DNA of 64,000 nucleotides. Origin: Octopus sinensis. Its lineage: Eukaryota. Shown here piece by piece: positions 35,101 through 47,559 of this stretch. Position 1 is the stretch's first letter; every line of letters begins with the position of its first letter. The stretch is taken from positions 66,526,001 through 66,590,000 of the forward strand of contig NC_043000.1 of the NCBI RefSeq assembly GCF_006345805.1, written 5' to 3'. The position numbers and the translations under genes are program-made. Under the pieces are notes generated by a model. It was given only the letters and a program-made list of their open reading frames with translations. It did no database searches and was not told where the DNA came from.

Positions 35101-36493
35101 TGGAATTTGAACTCAAACATAAGAGTTAAAGAACTAGGACAAGTATTACAAGGCCTGCTATTGGACACTGCAATGAGAATGCCAGCTTGCTGTCTTACTA
35201 ACTTAATGAATTTTTGAGATGCCTAATAAACCTGTATTTCCAATACCAAAAATTCTTGAGGTTAAAATTAAAATAAGGAGAAAATTAAATGTCAGCACCA
35301 TGGTAATCTTTTAAACGCAAGAATCAGGACAGCCTCTCAAATGCTGTTGCCTTAAAATGTAACTAAGACACTTTAAAAGTGGTTGGTATTAGGAAGGGCA
35401 TCTAGCTATAGAACCAATGCCAAATGATATGTATATGGCTCATGCAGGATGACAATAACTGCAAACAGGAACTACTTTGGACTGATGACTCCTCTGACTA
35501 CAAGTCAGATTGGAAGCATCTATGTAAGAATTAGCTACCATAAATCAGATAATGTAGAATTATAAAATATTACATACACAATCATGAGCACAACCGTAAC
35601 AGATTTTATCCTAAGATATATAATAAATCAAGCAACTAAAATTTGTCAAGAATGGGCTGGTTTTTTTGTTAGAAAAATATCCAGAGGATCAGTGGAGTTT
35701 ATTTCTCATTGTCTTAATCATCTTAGACAAATGGAGTTAAGTACAAGTTCTAGCAACATGGTTGATGAAAGTGTTACTTTTTTTCTTTTGTGTTAAATGG
35801 ATTAATGAATAAAGCTGAGCTTATATTTTTTATTTTGAGGGGTGAAAGCAGCTAACATATTCTTTCTAATCTTAAAACATTTATGTGATCTATGAAATAT
35901 TTTCATGTGTCTGAAATGAAAATATATTTTAGGTTGAATGACATCAGGAAGCTCAAATTTTTTTTATGTATCCAAACCTTCTATTTGTCTTGATGTTTGC
36001 TTACATGTTTCTTATACTTCACTGCTAAGAACCAAACATTGTTTACTGTCTTCTCTATGTTTAACTTGATTTCTTCTTGTAAAAGCTTAGTCTGTTTTCT
36101 CAGTTGACTGCATGTTTCAGATAGTTATTTCTGCTGTTGTTTGTTGTTGGCCAAGTTAAACAAGATTTAAGTTGGTATTTTTAGGACCGTATTAAATTAA
36201 TTTGATTTAGATTAATAATTCTCTTTTGGAATGGTTAATGTGAAAGCAGATAAAGAAAGCTATAAATAATAGCATGTAAATATTGGGTTAAGAAACACTT
36301 TAGATAACATCAAAGGATGCTTGTGCGATATGAACCTAGATCTCCTGTAAACATGTCATTGAACCAAAACAATTCTTTCAATTTCTTTATTCATTTTAGA
36401 AAACTGTATTCTTTCCAGCAAGAATTGTTGTTGACATATTGAGTTAACTCAATAAGGACTGCCTACCACACAGAATTGAGTCCCTAAAATCAA

Positions 36494-37403
36494 GGTGCCA
36501 TGTAAAAAGGACTGCTGTTGGTGCCACATAAAAAGCACTGATATTGGTGCCACATAAAAATCACTGGTATTGGTGCCACATAAAAATCACTGGTATTGGT
36601 ACCACATAAAAAGTACTGGTATTGGTGCCACATAAAAAGCGCTGGTATTGGTGTCACATAAAAAGCACTGGTGTTGGTGCCACATAAAAAGCACTGGTGT
36701 TGGTACCACATAAAAATCACTGGTATTGGTGCCACATAAAAATCACTGGTATTGGTGCCACATAAAAATCACTGGTATTGGTACCACATAAAAAGTACTG
36801 GTATTGGTGTCACATAAAAATCACTGGTATTGGTGCCACATAAAAATCACTGGTATTGGTGCCACATAAAAATCACTGGTATTGGTACCACATAAAAAGT
36901 ACTGGTATTGGTGTCACATAAAAAGCACTGGTATTGGTACCACATAAAAAGTACTGGTATTGGTGTCACATAAAAAGCACTGGTATTGGTGTCACATAAA
37001 AAGCACTGGTGTTGGTGCCACATAAAAAGCACTGGTGTTGGTGCCACATAAAAAGCACTGGTATTGGTACCACATAAAAAGCACTGGTGTTGGTGCCACA
37101 TAAAAAGCACTGGTATTGGTACCACATAAAAAGCACTGGTGTTGGTGCCACATAAAAAGCACTGGTGTTGGTACCACATAAAAAGCACTGGTGTTGGTGC
37201 CGCATAAAAAGTACTGGTATTGGTGCCACATAAAAAGCACTGGTGTTGGTACCACATAAAAAGCACTGGTATTGGTACCACATAAAAAGCACTGGTATTG
37301 GTACCACATAAAAAGCACTGGTGTTGGTGCCACATAAAAAGCACTGGTGTTGGTGCCGCATAAAAAGCACTAGTGTTGGTCCCACATAAAAAGCGCTGGT
37401 ATT
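36494..37403 (+). repeat. 26-bp minisatellite, 35 copies (consensus GGTGCCACATAAAAAGCACTGGTATT)
   Basis: 910 bp / 26 = 35; the ORF track shows the expected 26-aa periodicity. Confidence 0.96.
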
Positions 37404-38490
37404 CATCATTGTTTAACGTCCGTTTTCCATGCTAGCATGGGTTGGACGGTTCAACTGGGGCCTGGGAAGCCAGAAGGCTGCACCAGGCCCAGTTTAATCT
37501 GGCAGTGTTTCTTCAGCTGGATGCCCTTCCTAACGCCAACCACTCAGTGAGTGTAGTGGGTGCTTTTTACGTGCCACCTGCACAGGTGCCAGACGAGGCT
37601 GGCAAACGGCCACGATCGGATGGTGCTTTTTACGTGTCACCAGCACGGGGGCCAGACGAGGCTGGCAACGGCCACAATTGGATGGTGCTGGCAACGGCCA
37701 CGTTCGAATGGTTCTCTTACATGCCACCGGCACTGGTATCACAGCTACAATTTCCATTGATGTTGATTGATTTTGATTTTCACTTGCCTCAACAGGTCTT
37801 CACAAGTAGGGTTTGTGTCACAAGAAGGAAAGGTATGCATAAGTGGGCTGGCTACGTCCCAGGTAGAGGCCACGGGTTATGGTCTCACTTGTCCTGCCGG
37901 GTCTTCCCAGGCCACGGTTTATGGTCTCACTTGTCCTGCCGGGTCTTCCCACGCACAGCATACTTCCAAAGGTCTCGGTCTCTGGTCATTTCCTCGGTGA
38001 GACCTAAAGTTCAAAGGTCGTGCTTCACCACCTCGTCCCAGGTTTTCCTGGGTCTACCTCTTCGACAGGTTCCCTCACCTGCTAGGGTGTGGCACTTTTT
38101 CACACAATTATCTTCATCCTTTCTCGCTACATGACCATACCAGCGCAAACGTTTCTCTTGCACACCACAACTGATGCTTCTTAGGTCCAACTTTTCTCTC
38201 AAGGTACTTACACTCTGTCAAGTATGAACACTGACATTACACATCCATCGGAGCATACTGGCTTCATTTCTTGCGAGCTTACGCATATCCTCAGCAGTCA
38301 CGGCCCAAGTTTCACTGCCATGTAGCATGGCTGTTTGTACACATGCGTCATACAGTTTGCCTTTTACTCTGAGCGAGAGGCCTTTTGTCACCAGCAGAGG
38401 TAAGAGCTCTCTGAACTTTGCCCAGGCTATTCTTACTCTAGTAGTTACACTTTCAGTACACCCACCCCTGCTACTGACTTGGTCACCTAG
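37404..38490 (-). mobile_element. 5'-truncated RTE LINE inserted at the right end of the minisatellite
   Basis: Tail catcattgtttaacgtccg at 37404; RT C-terminus in ORFs 38011..38202 and 38218..38559. Confidence 0.92.
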
Positions 38491-39194
38491 TGATGGCACT
38501 GGTGATGGTGCCACATAAAGGCATTGGTGATGGTGCCACGTAAAAAGTACCCTGCACACTATGTAGAGTGGTTGGCTTTAGGAAGGGCATTCAATTGTAT
38601 AATTCAAACTAAAGAAGCTGGTGTGGACCCTGGTCTTGCCTGTTCCTGTCAGGATGTCCAAACCATGCCCATATGGTAAACAGATGTTAAATGTTGTTGA
38701 TGAGGATGATAACGAAATAGTGGGTTAAAAAATACTTTTGGATAGGAAAAGTTGAAGGTTAAGTTAGTGTGTGTGTGCACACATGTGATGTTTGTAAATG
38801 AGTGTCATCATCATTCAAGTAGTGTCCTCCTTTGATTCCAGTCTTCCATGAAAACATGTCTGGTCATGGGTAATTATAATTTTACTTGAAATAGGTGAAG
38901 GTTGGTGACAGGAAGCGTATCTAACCATAGAAAATCCACCTCAAAGATTTCCATCTGACTCTCATACAAGCATGGAAAAGTGAATATTGAAACAGTAATG
39001 ATTGTTTATTGAAACCAATTGTCTATTAATGTAATTAATGTTTTCATTTTAATTTTGAATTACTTTTGAATATATTAACTTGATTTTTCTAAGCTCAGAT
39101 TATGCTAAGAACAGTTTGTTTATTTAGGTATAGGTAGTACATTTATCTTTTTCATTTTTTGAAGATTAGTATCTTTGTTTTTTAATTGGTTCAG

Positions 39195-39585
39195 TCATTG
39201 GACTGGACTGGAATACTGCATTGAGTTTAAAAAAAAAATTTTTTTTTAGTTGGCACATAAATGGAGCCTAGCACTTATCTTTTAAGTTTTGTACTTATTC
39301 TATCAATCTCTTATTGCTGAACTGCTAAGTTATGGGGATGTAAACAAACCAACACCAGTTGTTGAGTGGTGATGAAACAAACAGAAACAAAGACACACTC
39401 ATGCACACACATACGCACATAGAGACAATGAGCTTCCACATGGTTTCTGTCTACCACATTCACTCACAAGGCATTAGTTGGCCCAAGGCTATAGTAGAAG
39501 ATACTTATCCAAGGTGTCATGCAGTGGGACTGAGCCCAAAACCATGTGGATGCAAAACAAACTTCTTAATGTCACAGCCATGCCT
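39195..39585 (-). mobile_element. SINE family A, diverged
   Basis: Reverse-complement similarity to 43524-43937. Confidence 0.78.
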
Positions 39586-39702
39586 GATGTTAATGCTTAA
39601 AAATATCAAAATAACATTTTTTGAAAAATTCTATATTTTTTTGTAAACTGTTATATCTGTTTAATGTCTCTGAATATTTTCTCTTTCTTTCTTTTTGATT
39701 AG

Positions 39703-41908
39703 GTGCCAGACAAAGAAACAGATGAGTCTTGCAGTGATAAAAAATCAGAAGATATTATATGCTCTTTGCCACGTAAATCTGAAGACTGGACTGTTATAGC
39801 AAATAATCTAGCTTTAGAAAGAGATTATGAAAGTAGAGTAGCTGCAGTTACTTGTCAACAGAGCACACGTGTAAAGCAACCTTCAAGTAAAGTATCTAAA
39901 GATCAAACTCAAGAAAAGCAAGTTTTTGTAAAAACACTTTCCAAGAATCAAGATAAACTGCAAAAATTATTAGAACCAGATGAACATGAAACTAGAGTAA
40001 CTGCACTCTATTGTCAACAGAGCACATATGTAAAGCAACCATTAAGTAGCGTACCTGAAGACGAAACTCAAGAAGAGGAGACTTTTGTAGAAACACTTTC
40101 TAAGGATCAAGATAAACTGCAAAAATTATTAGGACGAGATGAACACAAAGCTAGAGTAACTTCACTACATTGTCAACAGAGCACATATGTAAAGCAACCA
40201 TTGAGTAGCGTTCCTGAAGACGAAACTCAAGAAGAAGAGACTTTGGTAGAAACACTTCCTAAGGATCAAGATGAATTTCAAAAATTATTAGAACTAGATG
40301 AACAAGAAACTAGAGTAACTGCAATCTCTTATCAACAGAGCACATGTATAAAGCAACCTTTAAGTAGTGTACCTGAAGACAAAACTCATGAAGATCAGAC
40401 TTTTGTAGAAACACTTTCTAAGGATCCAGATACACTGCAAAACTTATCAGAACAAGAGGAACACGGAACTAGAATAACTGCACTCTCTTATCAACAAAGT
40501 GTACCTGAAAACGAAATTCGAGAAGACCAGACTTTTGTAGAAACACTTTCTAAGGATCTAGATACACTGCAAAACTTATCAGAACAAGAGGAACACGAAA
40601 CTAGAATAACTGAACTCTCTTATCAACAAAGTGTACCTGAAAACGAATTTCAAGAAGATCAGACTTTTGTAGAAACACTTTCTAAGGATCAAGATACACT
40701 GCAAAAATTATCAGAACCAGATAATCAATTGAAAACTATTGATAGTTCTGCTGAAAATCATCTAGAAGAATTTATAGAAGATGCAAGACTGGTAGAGTCA
40801 GCACAATCTGAGCAGAAGATTAAATCTGAAGAATTCTCTGAAGAAGTTTGTGTAAACAACTTTGACACTGTGGAAGAAAACGAAATAAAGAAAGGTCAGC
40901 CAAGTGTTGAAGAAGATTCTATAAAGATTGTTGAGAAAGAGCAACAAGGTGAAACATCAGAGTTTTCCACTGAAAGTGTAATATTGAAAGAGAAACATTT
41001 GAGCGTTGAGTTTTCTTCTGAACTCAGTGGGAAAACTGTCTTGCCATTATTAAATGAAGATTTGTCTGTGACTGATGCTACTTCGAACTCATTTTCTGAA
41101 TGTAACTTGCCCCAACTATTACCATTGAATCAAGAGATAAGTTCAGAAACAACCAATTCTTTGTCAAAAATGTCTTCTAAATTGTCAGACAATCAAATAA
41201 AATGTAATGAAAATAAGCAAGATATGGATAATACTCCAGCATTTTTAAACCTTGATAACTTATGTGATAATTCTGATAAAGCCAAAGTTGATTCAACACA
41301 TGAATCCAAAACAGAGACAAATGGCGCAACTTTACATTTACCTTGTGATGACATTGAAAAGCCTATCAGTTCTTTAAATGAATGCATCAGTTTACTCACT
41401 AACTTAGATAGTACATTGGCCAATAAACGAGAAGAAAGTCCTGCCAGTGATGAACTGATTGACACTTTAGTTTATGAACCTGATGAGGAGGAGGAGGAGG
41501 AGGAGGAAGAAAATGTAGAAACCACAACCAGTTCCTTAGAAGAAGCAAAAAGTACAGTAGATTCACCAACTGTTGAAATTAAGAAGGAATCTGAAGAAAT
41601 TTTGAATGAAGTTAAATTAAATAACACTGAACTGAAACCAGCTCCAGACGTTCTACCTGACAGTATTTCATCTGTGCCAGAAACAATAAAAAATACTGAT
41701 TCTTCCTCTAAAGATGATGAAAAGACAGGAAATAGTAGTAGTACTGTTAAGAAGAAAAATAAGAAGAATAAAAGCACTGAAGATCATTCAACAGGAAATC
41801 AAAGTGTCAATCATCAAAACACTGTTGCAGTGAAATCTGAAAAGCCAACTGAAAATATATCAAAACCACATAGCACAAAGAACAAAAAGAAAGAGGATAA
41901 AACTGCTG
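39703..41908 (+). CDS. TXLN: Giant 2206-bp acidic N-terminal exon, probably of taxilin, with tandem 53/44-aa repeats and a poly-Glu run
   Basis: Polypyrimidine acceptor ...ctttttgattag|GTG, open for 735 codons, donor G|gtatgt at 41909; phase 1 matches the acceptor at 51634. The link to taxilin is inferred from phase and orientation. Confidence 0.75.
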
Positions 41909-42597
41909 GTATGTATATTTATGTATGTATTATGGCATACACCTTTATTGGTTTCAGTTATTGAATTTCAGAGCATTGCCTTGAAAAATTTAATCAATTA
42001 AATTGACCTCAGCACTTATTTTCACTTAAAGTTTGCTGCCAACTTTGTCTATTTTTATTTTGCTGGACCACAAAGTTACTTGGGTGTAAACCAACAAATA
42101 TCTTTGTGAGTGCTGCCACGTAAAGACAAGGTGTGAAGACACTCACACACACACTTGTACATGCACACACACTCAGTAGTTTCTACACAGTTCCCTTCCA
42201 CCAAATTCATTCACATGGCATTGGTTAGTCCAGGACTTTTGTAGAAGAAACTTGCTCAAGGTCCTGTGCTGTGGGACTGAATCCAAACCACGTAGTTTTG
42301 AAGCAGGTTTTTTAACCATGAGCCAATATCAAATAATAAAATGGATCTTGGTCAGCATATTCAGTTGTTTGATCAGTTGGACTACCAAGTGCATTGAAGC
42401 AGCCTATAAGTGGATGAGTATTCCACAGCCATGTGTATCTTTGCCATAAATTCTTGGGCAGAATCAGCAGGAAACAGTGTGACAAGGTTGGACCTTTTGA
42501 GTTAGAGGTTCACTTCTTTTTATGGGTTTTGACATAAGTTCAGTTCACCCAGTTTCACTCTTAAAACTTGTATGACACTTAGCCAAAGTGATATACA

Positions 42598-42909
42598 GAA
42601 AGTGTAATATTGAAATTTGAGTATTGAATTTTCTTCTGAATTGAGTGAGAAAACTGTCTTGCCATTATTAAATGAAGATCTGTCTGTGACTGATGCTACT
42701 TTGCACTCATTTTCTGAACATGACTGTTTCCAGCTGTTACCATTGAATCAAGAGATAAATTTAGAAACAGACGTGTCTTCTAAATTGTCCGACAATCAAA
42801 TCAAATAAAATGCAGTGAAAATAAGCAAGATATAGCATTTTTAAACCTTGATAACTTATGTGATAATTCTAATATATTAAAGTTCATTCAACATATGAAT
42901 CTGAAACAG
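42598..42909 (+). pseudogene. Decayed intronic duplicate of part of the giant exon (source about 40973-41313)
   Basis: ORF 42617..42808 SSELSEKTVLPLLNEDLSVTDAT matches exon SSELSGKTVLPLLNEDLSVTDAT; deletions and a stop are present. Confidence 0.92.
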
Positions 42910-43523
42910 TCAAATAATGCAAGCTTCTTAAAAATTCAGCCATACTGCATCAAGTGTATTTTTACATCACTTTAGTTATTTAACCTCAGTTCAGCCATGA
43001 CCCAGTAGACCTATATTCAATGGTCTAATCGTGATTGTGATTATCCTTGTCTCTCTAGGATTACAGTTTCAAAATGTTTTCTCACTTTTTGAAATGTTAC
43101 AGCATGATTTGAAGGATATCTGACAGATCAAAAGCTCATGTAGAAGCACCTTTGTTAGCTTGAATAACATATTTATATCATAGAGGTAAATTGTACTTAC
43201 AGATTGAGTATTGAACAACTGATTCATGGGTTAGGATTAAAATCACTGCAAGCATGTTGCTGCATTTTTGAGCGTGTGCATGTATGTGCATACACACACA
43301 CACACCCTTGTCTGTCCATGGAACCATGGAAAAGTAGACATTAAAGCAATGATAATATATATGGATATGTGTATATGTATAGTTTCAGCAGATATATCAT
43401 CATTTAATGTCTGTTTTCCACAGTTTGAGAGAATTTGATGATTTCAAAGACTGCATTGTGCTCCAATGCTTTGGCATGGTTTCAATGGCTGGATTCCTTT
43501 CCTTTTCCCAACTACTTTACTTA

Positions 43524-43937
43524 GGCGTAGGAGTGGCTGTGTGGTAAGTAGCTTGCTGACGAACCACATTGTTCCGGGTTCAGTCCCACTGCGTGGCACC
43601 TTGGGCAAGTGGCTTCTACTATAGCCTTGGGCTGACCAAAACCTTATGAGTGGATTTGGTAGATGGAAACTGAAAGAAGCCCGTTGTATATATGTATATA
43701 TATATGTATGTATGTGTGTATATGTTTGTGTGTCTATTTGTCCCCCCCAACATCGCTTGACAACTGATGCTGGTGTGTTTATGTCCCCGTAACTTAGCGG
43801 TTCGGCAAAAGAGACCGATAGAATGAGTACTAGGCTTACAAAGAATAAGTCCTGGGGTTGATTTGCTCGACTAAAGGCGTTGCTCCAGCATGGCCACAGT
43901 CAAATGACTGAAACAAGTAAAAGAGTAAAAGAGAGTA
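43524..43937 (+). mobile_element. tRNA-derived SINE family A, full-length reference copy
   Basis: tRNA-like head, internal (TA/TG)n, tail ...gactgaaacaagtaaaagagtaaaagag. Confidence 0.93.
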
Positions 43938-44039
43938 AATTTAGTGCTTTTTCATGGCACAAACACAAATGATGTCATCATGCAATTTGCAAGAGTAAGG
44001 GCCTAAAGGGAGCCTGAAGGTGAATAGAAGAGAGAGTGT

Positions 44040-44720
44040 GATGATTGTTGGGTGGGGTGATGAGAGAAGGTAAAGTATGATGAGAGGAATAGGTTGGTAG
44101 TTGTGAGAGGGTAATAATGGAGAGAGTAACAGTAGGCACTATTGGGGGAGTGAGTATGGAATGGACAGGAGGTAGGGAAAGGATTAGTCAGGGTTTAGTG
44201 AGAGAAGAATGGTCAGGGTGGTAAGGTGGGTTGTGCTGGGGATTCCAAGGCTTCTATCCAAGTTTGGATGGAAGGTGTGAGAGAAAGAAAACATTAAAGA
44301 GAGAAATAGATGGTGGGTGGCAAGGATCTGGGGAGAGTCAATGTAGATGAGAGAGAGAGAGAGAGACGAATGGGTATTGAGGAGGCTGAGAAGATGTGGG
44401 AGTAGTGAAGGAGAAAGAGAGGCTGGAAAGTATGTTGGAGATTGTTGGGGGAAAATCTCAGTATGAATACGGGTAGTTGAAAGTGGGCAGTGGCTGTGGA
44501 GAAGAGGATGGTGAAAAAATGAGATAGGGAGGAGAGGTAGGTGAATGTAATGGGAGAAAGAAAGGTTGGATGTAGAGAGCGGGCAGCCTAACTGTGGGTG
44601 GAAGGGAGCAGAGTGGATGTAGTGACTAAGAAGAGGTTGGAGTAGGAGCAAAAGACAGAAGCAGTGAAAGTATCTATGATTAGGAGGCTGAAGAGAAAGG
44701 GCAGGGAAAGAGCTGTGTGT
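44040..44720 (+). repeat. Purine-rich (G/A) low-complexity tract
   Basis: Strong strand asymmetry with (GA)n runs. Confidence 0.8.
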
Positions 44721-44779
44721 GAATGCAGCAAGTGCATCCCATGTGAACACTCTCCTTGTTTGCTTTCTTCCTGCCATGC

Positions 44780-46760
44780 TTGCTCAAGAGAGCAGGTTTT
44801 CACTAGTTATTGCAGTCACCTGTCATCTCTTTTGTGAGGTTCAGCATTTTGGGATCAGTTTTCTGTACTTCATCTGTTTTTCTAGGTCTTCCTTTTCCAT
44901 GGGCACCATCCACTTTGTGCCCTCAGTATTGTTTTATGCGGCTGTTGTCAGCCATATGCATCATATGCCCATAACCAATGCAACCATCTCTCTTGCAAAT
45001 TTCATCTGATTCCTCTTAAACACTACTATTCTCTCAGTTCATTTGCATTGCATTGCTCCTGCATGCTGATGATACACATCTTGCAAAGTATTTCTTTCTA
45101 TTGTTTGCAAATTCTCAACATTCAGGGCCTAGGTCTCACTATCGGGCATTGAGGTCTGATTCCTCCTTAACATACTTGTGTACCTGACACATACAAAATC
45201 TGCCTTTGCTGGTAACCTACCTGTGGCCCCACTATACCTCTTATGTATCTATTTTTTATGCTGGGTACACTGTATGGAGTTTCTATCTACTCTTTTTCTG
45301 TATCCCAAGCATTTCCCTAACAGCATCTGCATCTTGGCTTCTTTTCTACTAAGTATAATTTCAGTTATGGCTAAGTTTACTTTAAGCTCCTGGTCACAGA
45401 AGTTCCCACAGACTTAAATTCCTCTGTTATGACTTGGAGGACTATAATAAAAACTAGGACTGAGTCCTAATGAGCTCCTACTTGCTAAATTCATCGCTGT
45501 ATTCATTGTTAACTCTCATCTTACTGACTACTCCTTTCTACATAGTTTGTGGTGCCCCTATTAGCCATGCATCTTCCCTTAACATCCTTAGACCCCCTAA
45601 ATAATAGTGAGGGATTCTGCTGAAGGCTTTCTCCAGGTTTACAAATTCTAAGTTTAGAGGCAGACTTCTAGCCAAGTATTTCTTTTGTAGTCATCTCACT
45701 AGTAAGTTTGCATGATTAGTATCTCTCCCTATTATAGACAAAGCTAAACTACATCTCATCTAGGGTAATCCTGCTCTGAATCATCTTTGCAATTACTTTC
45801 TATAACTTTCATGACCTGGCCTGACAGTTTGATACTGCTGCAGTTTCCTCTCTCAAGTGCATCCCCTTTGCTTTTGTTGCAGTTTACAATAATGTTACAA
45901 GTTATTGTATATGATGCCTTCTTGCATTACTTGATTGATTATTTGAATGACTAAACCATGTCTTATTTTGCCAGATATTTTAAGCATCTCAGTAACTATT
46001 TCTGATGAGTCAGTTGCTTTCCCTACCTTCATATCTGTTTTTGCTCTATCTACCATGCAGCTGTCAACTTGAATGGCTAGCCACTCAGTGGAGTCTACTT
46101 GGGGTAGTCTCCTTCTCTCTCATTCATTCTCCACATTCAACAGCTTTTCGCAGTAGTACTTCCATGCCTCTTTCTTTTCAATGTCAGTGACAGTAAGTGT
46201 GCCTTGTGTTGTTATTCTGAACAATCTGTACTTTTGATCCTCATGCCACAGAACCAATACAAACTTTTCTTTCTACCTCTTCCCTTAAGTATATCTGATG
46301 TTTAGCTTTTCTTCTAGCTATAAATATATTTTCCCTTGCTATCTTCTTTCTTCCAGTCTGCTCGGCATTTACAACTATTTGTCTATCTCATTTTCTGATG
46401 AGAATGAAGGCTGTCTATCTTTTGCGTTTGCCAGATTGTTAGATAATCACATAGCTGGCTGGTTTCTTGAAGTTAGTGTTGCAATTGTTTAGGTTATTTG
46501 CATCACAGAACTCCAGGAGCTTTGATCCCTTCTCATTTTTTATACCATACTCATAGCATCCATGTACATGTTGGAAGCTATCCTGGTGTTATCCAACATG
46601 TCTTTTGAGGTCACTAACTGCAATAATGAGATTGCTCTCATCCCATTACTAATATTATACCTACTCCATTGACTCCATTGCTGTTACTAGCCTAAACCAA
46701 TCCATATTGTTTATTCTTGCCTTTGAGGAGTTTGGCCGATGTCTCCCATCTCTTGTTCAC
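44780..46760 (-). mobile_element. Older, heavily decayed RTE LINE (EN to RT C-terminus)
   Basis: Minus strand gives VDGAHGKGRPRKT near 44890 and NEKGSKLLEFCDANNL..CNTNFKKPAS near 46500. Confidence 0.8.
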
Positions 46761-47559
46761 ATTATACACCAATCTGTTTTCACTCCAGTATCTCCACAGC
46801 AGTGTTGCACAGTTTCTTATTTATCTGTCATTGCAACAGGGATGTATCAAAGAATAAATATTTGTGAAGCAAAAATCGTAAGGATCACTTTCTTCAATCA
46901 CTTGGTTGAAATCCATACAATAACAAAAACTGGCAAGTTTTGAAGCTAGCAAATTTTGTAGTAATTTGCCACTGCACTGCTTTTTGTACATTTGTCCTAA
47001 CTTCTTTAATTGAACATTTAATAACATGTCCAAATGGCTTTACAAATATTTATTCCTTAATTTAGTATTGCTTTGTGGAGGGAACTTGTGGAAAGGGTAG
47101 ATTCAGGAAGATGTGGGACAAAGTGGTGAGAAAGGATCTTCAGATGCTAGGCCACGCTGCGCAGGGAATGGGAATTGTGGCAATTTGTTGTACTTGAGAA
47201 GATGCATCAAGCTAAGTAAAATCACAGTCATCTACACATATAGGTGTCCTTTCCAGGTGCTGGTGCCATATAAAGTGCACTCGTGCTGTGTAAATGCATT
47301 TGTGTTGGTGGCATGTAAACTGTACCCAGCACATTCTGTAAAGTGGTGTAGAAACCATGCCAAAACAGACATTTGGAGTTTGGATAGCTCCCCAATTGGC
47401 CAATTCCTGTCAAACTATCCAGCACATGCCAGTGTAGAAAACAGACATTAAATGATGATGATGTAATGGCAGCTAAATTTGTGCATCACTGTTGTCTGTA
47501 GACATAAAAACAGAAAAAAGTTAACACTAGAAACTATAGCAGTAGCAGGAGAGTTATGG

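Noticed and set aside
35430-35523. Candidate taxilin start exon ending at a gtaaga donor
   Set aside because: It overlaps a LINE-tail-derived repeat, and the more protein-like frame has the wrong phase for exon 39703.
36494-37403. CRISPR-like array or repeat protein
   Set aside because: The units are contiguous with no unique spacers and no cas genes, in a eukaryotic context. The ORFs are just the 26-bp period read through.
39703-39705. GTG start codon of a 753-aa single-exon gene
   Set aside because: The GTG directly follows a polypyrimidine tract and AG, so it is an exon start. The last 18 aa of the ORF are intron read-through.
44184-44803. 197-aa and 71-aa minus-strand ORFs
   Set aside because: Products of the purine/pyrimidine-biased low-complexity tract, with no splice or homology support.
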